From Gemmatimonadota bacterium (GTDB lineage: Bacteria > Latescibacterota > UBA2968 > UBA8231), in assembly GCA_038153405.1 (NCBI GenBank), contig JAYOYH010000045.1:1-39458 (forward strand): a stretch of 39,458 bases of DNA, in the 5' to 3' direction. Every line of letters starts with the position of its first letter. Position 1 is the first letter of the stretch. The position numbers were made by a program, and so were the translations under genes. Shown in pieces: positions 36,107-39,458 of this stretch. The notes under the pieces were generated by a model. That model worked only from the letters and a program-made list of their open reading frames with translations. It searched no databases and was not told where the DNA came from.

Positions 36107-38734
36107 CTAACGAAGCAGGACCATTTTGTGCGATAGCTGCTTGCGCGCGCCCTCATCGCTGAGGTAGCTGAGTCGGTAAAAATAGATGCCCGATGCTGCT
36201 GGCTGACCAAAATCATTTACACCTTGCCAGCGCACTACGTGCTGTCCGGCTGCGCGGACTCCATCCACTAGTGTCGTAATTCGTTGTCCGGTGGCATCGT
36301 ACACGCCTAACGTCACATCAGATGTTGTGGCTAAGTCAAACGCGATGACTGTTTCCGGATTAAATGGGTTGGGGTAGTTCTGAGCCAGAGCAAAGTTGGA
36401 AGTCACGGCTTTGCTCTTCTCGTTTTCTACGGCCGTGGGTACATTTTCCTCGCTGCCAATAAAAATCGTTCCTTCGGCTAGGCCACCGCGGTTGTCCGTA
36501 ATGCGATAGGTTATTGTATCCATGCCCGTAAAAGATCTTCTATTGGGTTCGTAGTATATAACGGGTCTATCATACTGTTCTCTAAGGGAAACCTCTGCCA
36601 TTGGGGAAGAATCCACAGAAACAATCTGCAGTATGTCACCGTCTGCATCCGTATCGTTTGCTAGCGGTTCCACGAGATAATTGGTGGAATAATTAATCCG
36701 AGCAATATAATCGTCGACGGCGACCGGTTGCGCGTTTATCCACACGTGGCGCTGTGCTACGGCCCGCTGCGAGCGCAGGTTGCCGTCTGCGCTCACAGCG
36801 CGCACCGAAAACCAGGATTCGCGCTGGTTTAGATCGTCATAAGATAGGGTGGTGTTGGTCTCGGTCGTTTTTGCAAGGACTCGCCAGCTATCGTTGCTGA
36901 CTAAGTGCAGTACTTCATATCGATCGGCTCCATCAATACCGTTCCATGTGAGGCTGATCTCACTCGTGCCCGTGGTCTGTATGGCTAGCGTTATGGGTTG
37001 CGATATAGTGAGGGACTGGCTTACCGAGATGCGTCCATTCTTGCTCAAACGCACCATGGCGCTCGTTAGTGGCAGAGAGGGGATTTGCCATACGCGATGC
37101 GTGGTCGCACTCTGATATACGCGCGTCCTATCAAATTCTAACGCGGTCCACGTCGCTCCGTTGTCTGTGGAATATTCGGCATCAACCGACAGTCGGTTGG
37201 GATATCGCCGCGCGGAGTCCCAGAGGATATGCCTCGTTTGACCCGAAAACCACTTCTCGCCGCCCACCGGGAAGGTCAGCTGCAACTCGTCGAGCACAAA
37301 TGAATAGACCAAGTAGTAGGCAATGGGGCCATCCTGCACATTGTTGGCCGTCACGGCGGCCTCGTATACGCCTGCTGCGGGCGCGTCGATAGCTACCTGT
37401 TCGGCGTTATTCAAGTCGTCAATACCGCGGGTTGCCGGCTGGTTCACGTTGGCCGGCGTTGAGTCCAAGACCCAAGGCAGGTGCTGTGCGCCGCCGCCGT
37501 CTATCGTTAGGTCTAGGTTGTTGACGAGTGCAGAGGCTGCATAGGGCTCGGAAGGAGCGTCGTGCCAGTAGAGCATGACCTTGAGCTGGGCGATGTTCTT
37601 GCCATTGATATTCTCTGGGACGGTGATCTGCAGCATCTTGCGCTGACCTTGGGTGATGCGCCCAGCATAGAACTGTCGCTCCGCCACGATTTCGGCTGCT
37701 CGCCGCGCGTTGACGGCGCCAAACCCACTGGCAAACGTCGGCCCTGGAGAGCCTAGGTAGTCGGCTGAGTTCATGAGGATGGCCTTTAACAGCCCTGCAT
37801 CTGGATGTTCACCGCCGTTGTTGTTTCTGTAATGCTGTGCAATCAGCGCGGCCACGCCCGAAACTAGCGGAGTCGACATGCTGGATCCTTGTTTGTACTC
37901 ATACACGTGATTGTCTACCGGTGCAATGATGTCGTGTGAAGCGACGAGGTCGGGCTTGATCCTGCCGTCGCGTGTTGGTCCGAACGGGGAGGCTGTCGCA
38001 TAGTACGCTGGCGTGCCAAGTCGGCCGACGACCAGCGTATTCTTTGCTGAGCCATACGAAGGGTTGAGCATTAGGTAGTCTTCAGGATAGCCCTCCTGCG
38101 TGCCGCCCGAGTTGCCAACAGAAAAGACGAAGAGTTTGTCGGGATGGTCGAGGCAGAGCGCATCGATTTCTTGGCTGTTGCTGTTATAGCGTCCTTTCTG
38201 CTCGTACCAATCAGTATACACGGGGTCAGAACTGTTAAATGAATTGCTCAGAATACGGGGTGGTTTGGCCAGCGTTAGACCCATTTCCCAGATGTTATTC
38301 GTATTGGCTGAGTATATCGTAGCGCCGGGAGCGACGCCGGCAAAGCGCGGATGGCGGTTGCCGTTGCCGCCGATGGTTCCGGAAGTGTGGTTCCCATGAT
38401 TCGTCGGGGGCCAAGTGAGGGTGCTCCATCCTATGTCGCGATCTATTACCGTGTGCCGTCCCCGCATGTCAATATGCGTTTCGCCTATATATCGCGTGTC
38501 GCCAATGCCGACGATGATGCCTGCGCCGTCGAGTCCGAGATGGCCGGGAATGCGCGCTTGGATGTAGTTGGCCTTGCTTTGCGAGAGGAGGTGGTCTGAC
38601 ACTCTCCCTCCTCCGTCTTGGCCTGTTTCCTTTGCATAAGCCTCGGCTAGCTGTGCGCTGCTGTATTGGCATACGCAGAGCACTATCCCGACGACTAGTA
38701 CGGATATTTGTTGGAGGCGCGCTAGAGGTTTCAT
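36107..38734 (-). CDS. Secreted S8 subtilase with Ig-like domains and C-terminal FlgD-Ig domain
   Basis: Triad GIGDT / NHGNHTSG / GSSMSTP, DGRIKPDL; NDTDADGD Ig-like repeat; AQNYPNPFNPET..ASGIYFY tail; start ATG 38734. Confidence 0.92.
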   Translation of the reverse strand: MKPLARLQQISVLVVGIVLCVCQYSSAQLAEAYAKETGQDGGGRVSDHLLSQSKANYIQARIPGHLGLDGAGIIVGIGDTRYIGETHIDMRGRHTVIDRDIGWSTLTWPPTNHGNHTSGTIGGNGNRHPRFAGVAPGATIYSANTNNIWEMGLTLAKPPRILSNSFNSSDPVYTDWYEQKGRYNSNSQEIDALCLDHPDKLFVFSVGNSGGTQEGYPEDYLMLNPSYGSAKNTLVVGRLGTPAYYATASPFGPTRDGRIKPDLVASHDIIAPVDNHVYEYKQGSSMSTPLVSGVAALIAQHYRNNNGGEHPDAGLLKAILMNSADYLGSPGPTFASGFGAVNARRAAEIVAERQFYAGRITQGQRKMLQITVPENINGKNIAQLKVMLYWHDAPSEPYAASALVNNLDLTIDGGGAQHLPWVLDSTPANVNQPATRGIDDLNNAEQVAIDAPAAGVYEAAVTANNVQDGPIAYYLVYSFVLDELQLTFPVGGEKWFSGQTRHILWDSARRYPNRLSVDAEYSTDNGATWTALEFDRTRVYQSATTHRVWQIPSLPLTSAMVRLSKNGRISVSQSLTISQPITLAIQTTGTSEISLTWNGIDGADRYEVLHLVSNDSWRVLAKTTETNTTLSYDDLNQRESWFSVRAVSADGNLRSQRAVAQRHVWINAQPVAVDDYIARINYSTNYLVEPLANDTDADGDILQIVSVDSSPMAEVSLREQYDRPVIYYEPNRRSFTGMDTITYRITDNRGGLAEGTIFIGSEENVPTAVENEKSKAVTSNFALAQNYPNPFNPETVIAFDLATTSDVTLGVYDATGQRITTLVDGVRAAGQHVVRWQGVNDFGQPAASGIYFYRLSYLSDEGARKQLSHKMVLLR

Positions 38735-38999
38735 GGTAGTACAGTCCTTCCGTAAGACGGCCATACCAAGGCCTTGGTGTATTTTTTTGGCAACGTCCTG
38801 TATCGTATAACTAGAGGCGACGAGTTCAGGGGTAAAAAAAAATACATGTGGTCGTGAGACAAGTCATATGAGGGCCTACTGCTTAGCTGCTGCGTGCGGT
38901 AAGTTGCTCCCCGTTCCACCGCATCCTATTTTGAGCCAACGCCGATAGCGCACGTCGCATAGCGGGTGTGCGTTTTTACTCCACCGCAGAAAGCCGTGC

Positions 39000-39458
39000 A
39001 TGGACCAGCCCCATATCGTCCTCATTATGACCGACCAGCAGCGCTGGGACACGCTGGGATGCTATGGCTACGAACACATGCAGACGCCGCACATCGACGC
39101 GCTGGCCGCGCGCGGCGTCGCCTTTAACCACGCCTTTGCCCAAGGGGCCGTGTGTGGTCCGTCGCGCAATAGCATTGTTTCGGGCCAGTACGTGCATACG
39201 CACGGCATTGAGCGCAACGAGGCATGGCTGGCGCCCGACCAGCCCAACTGGATTGAGCGGCTGCGCGCCGGCGGTTATCGCACGGCTAATATCGGCAAGA
39301 TGCACACCGCGCCTATTCGCCTGCCGTGCGGCTTTGACTACCGCCTCGTCGTCGAGAATAAAAACTACCAGCAGGGTCACCACGGTCCCGATCCGGACGA
39401 CTACGATCACTTTCTCGCCCATCACGGCCTGCAGCGGCCGGCGCTGACCTACTACCGC
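39000..39458 (+). CDS. 3'-truncated sulfatase, absent from the ORF track
   Basis: MDQPHIVLIMTDQQRWDTLGCYG...TPHIDALA...VCGPSR...IGKMH; frame runs off the window end. Confidence 0.92.
   Translation, partial: MDQPHIVLIMTDQQRWDTLGCYGYEHMQTPHIDALAARGVAFNHAFAQGAVCGPSRNSIVSGQYVHTHGIERNEAWLAPDQPNWIERLRAGGYRTANIGKMHTAPIRLPCGFDYRLVVENKNYQQGHHGPDPDDYDHFLAHHGLQRPALTYYR

Noticed and set aside
1..39458. CRISPR arrays, tRNA/rRNA genes, IS elements, prophage
   Set aside because: No regularly spaced repeats, cloverleafs, transposase, integrase or phage motifs seen by eye

Overview
A GC-rich bacterial chromosomal segment with about 37 protein genes and no tRNA, rRNA, CRISPR array or mobile element. The gene content (three PhyH dioxygenases, two sulfatases, two RraA-family proteins, FlgD-Ig-tailed secreted proteins, a C-terminal SWG-x-x-K motif protein) suggests a Latescibacterota-like organism; this is an inference. 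Other genes include catabolic enzymes, copper chaperones, nfuA, cysD/cysNC, an orphan cheB, two-component genes, an AlkB-like hydroxylase and a subtilase. Signals the ORF track does not explain: (1) a soluble protein fusing a small N-terminal helical domain, a FliG C-terminal torque domain and a TM-less MotA cytoplasmic domain (12951-13916), behind a sigma70-type promoter and a structured leader whose loop can pair 12 bp over the ribosome-binding site; (2) an unidentified ~145-nt pseudoknotted standalone RNA with a candidate -10 element and terminator (10083-10287); (3) an ArsC-family gene with TGA at the catalytic Cys codon, a probable selenoprotein (22312-22662); (4) a vitamin K-dependent carboxylase homologue next to a small acidic peptide with a Tat/RiPP-like leader; (5) an unannotated 42-aa ORF, a probable CTG start and several leaderless genes. 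All family assignments come from recognised motifs, not database searches.
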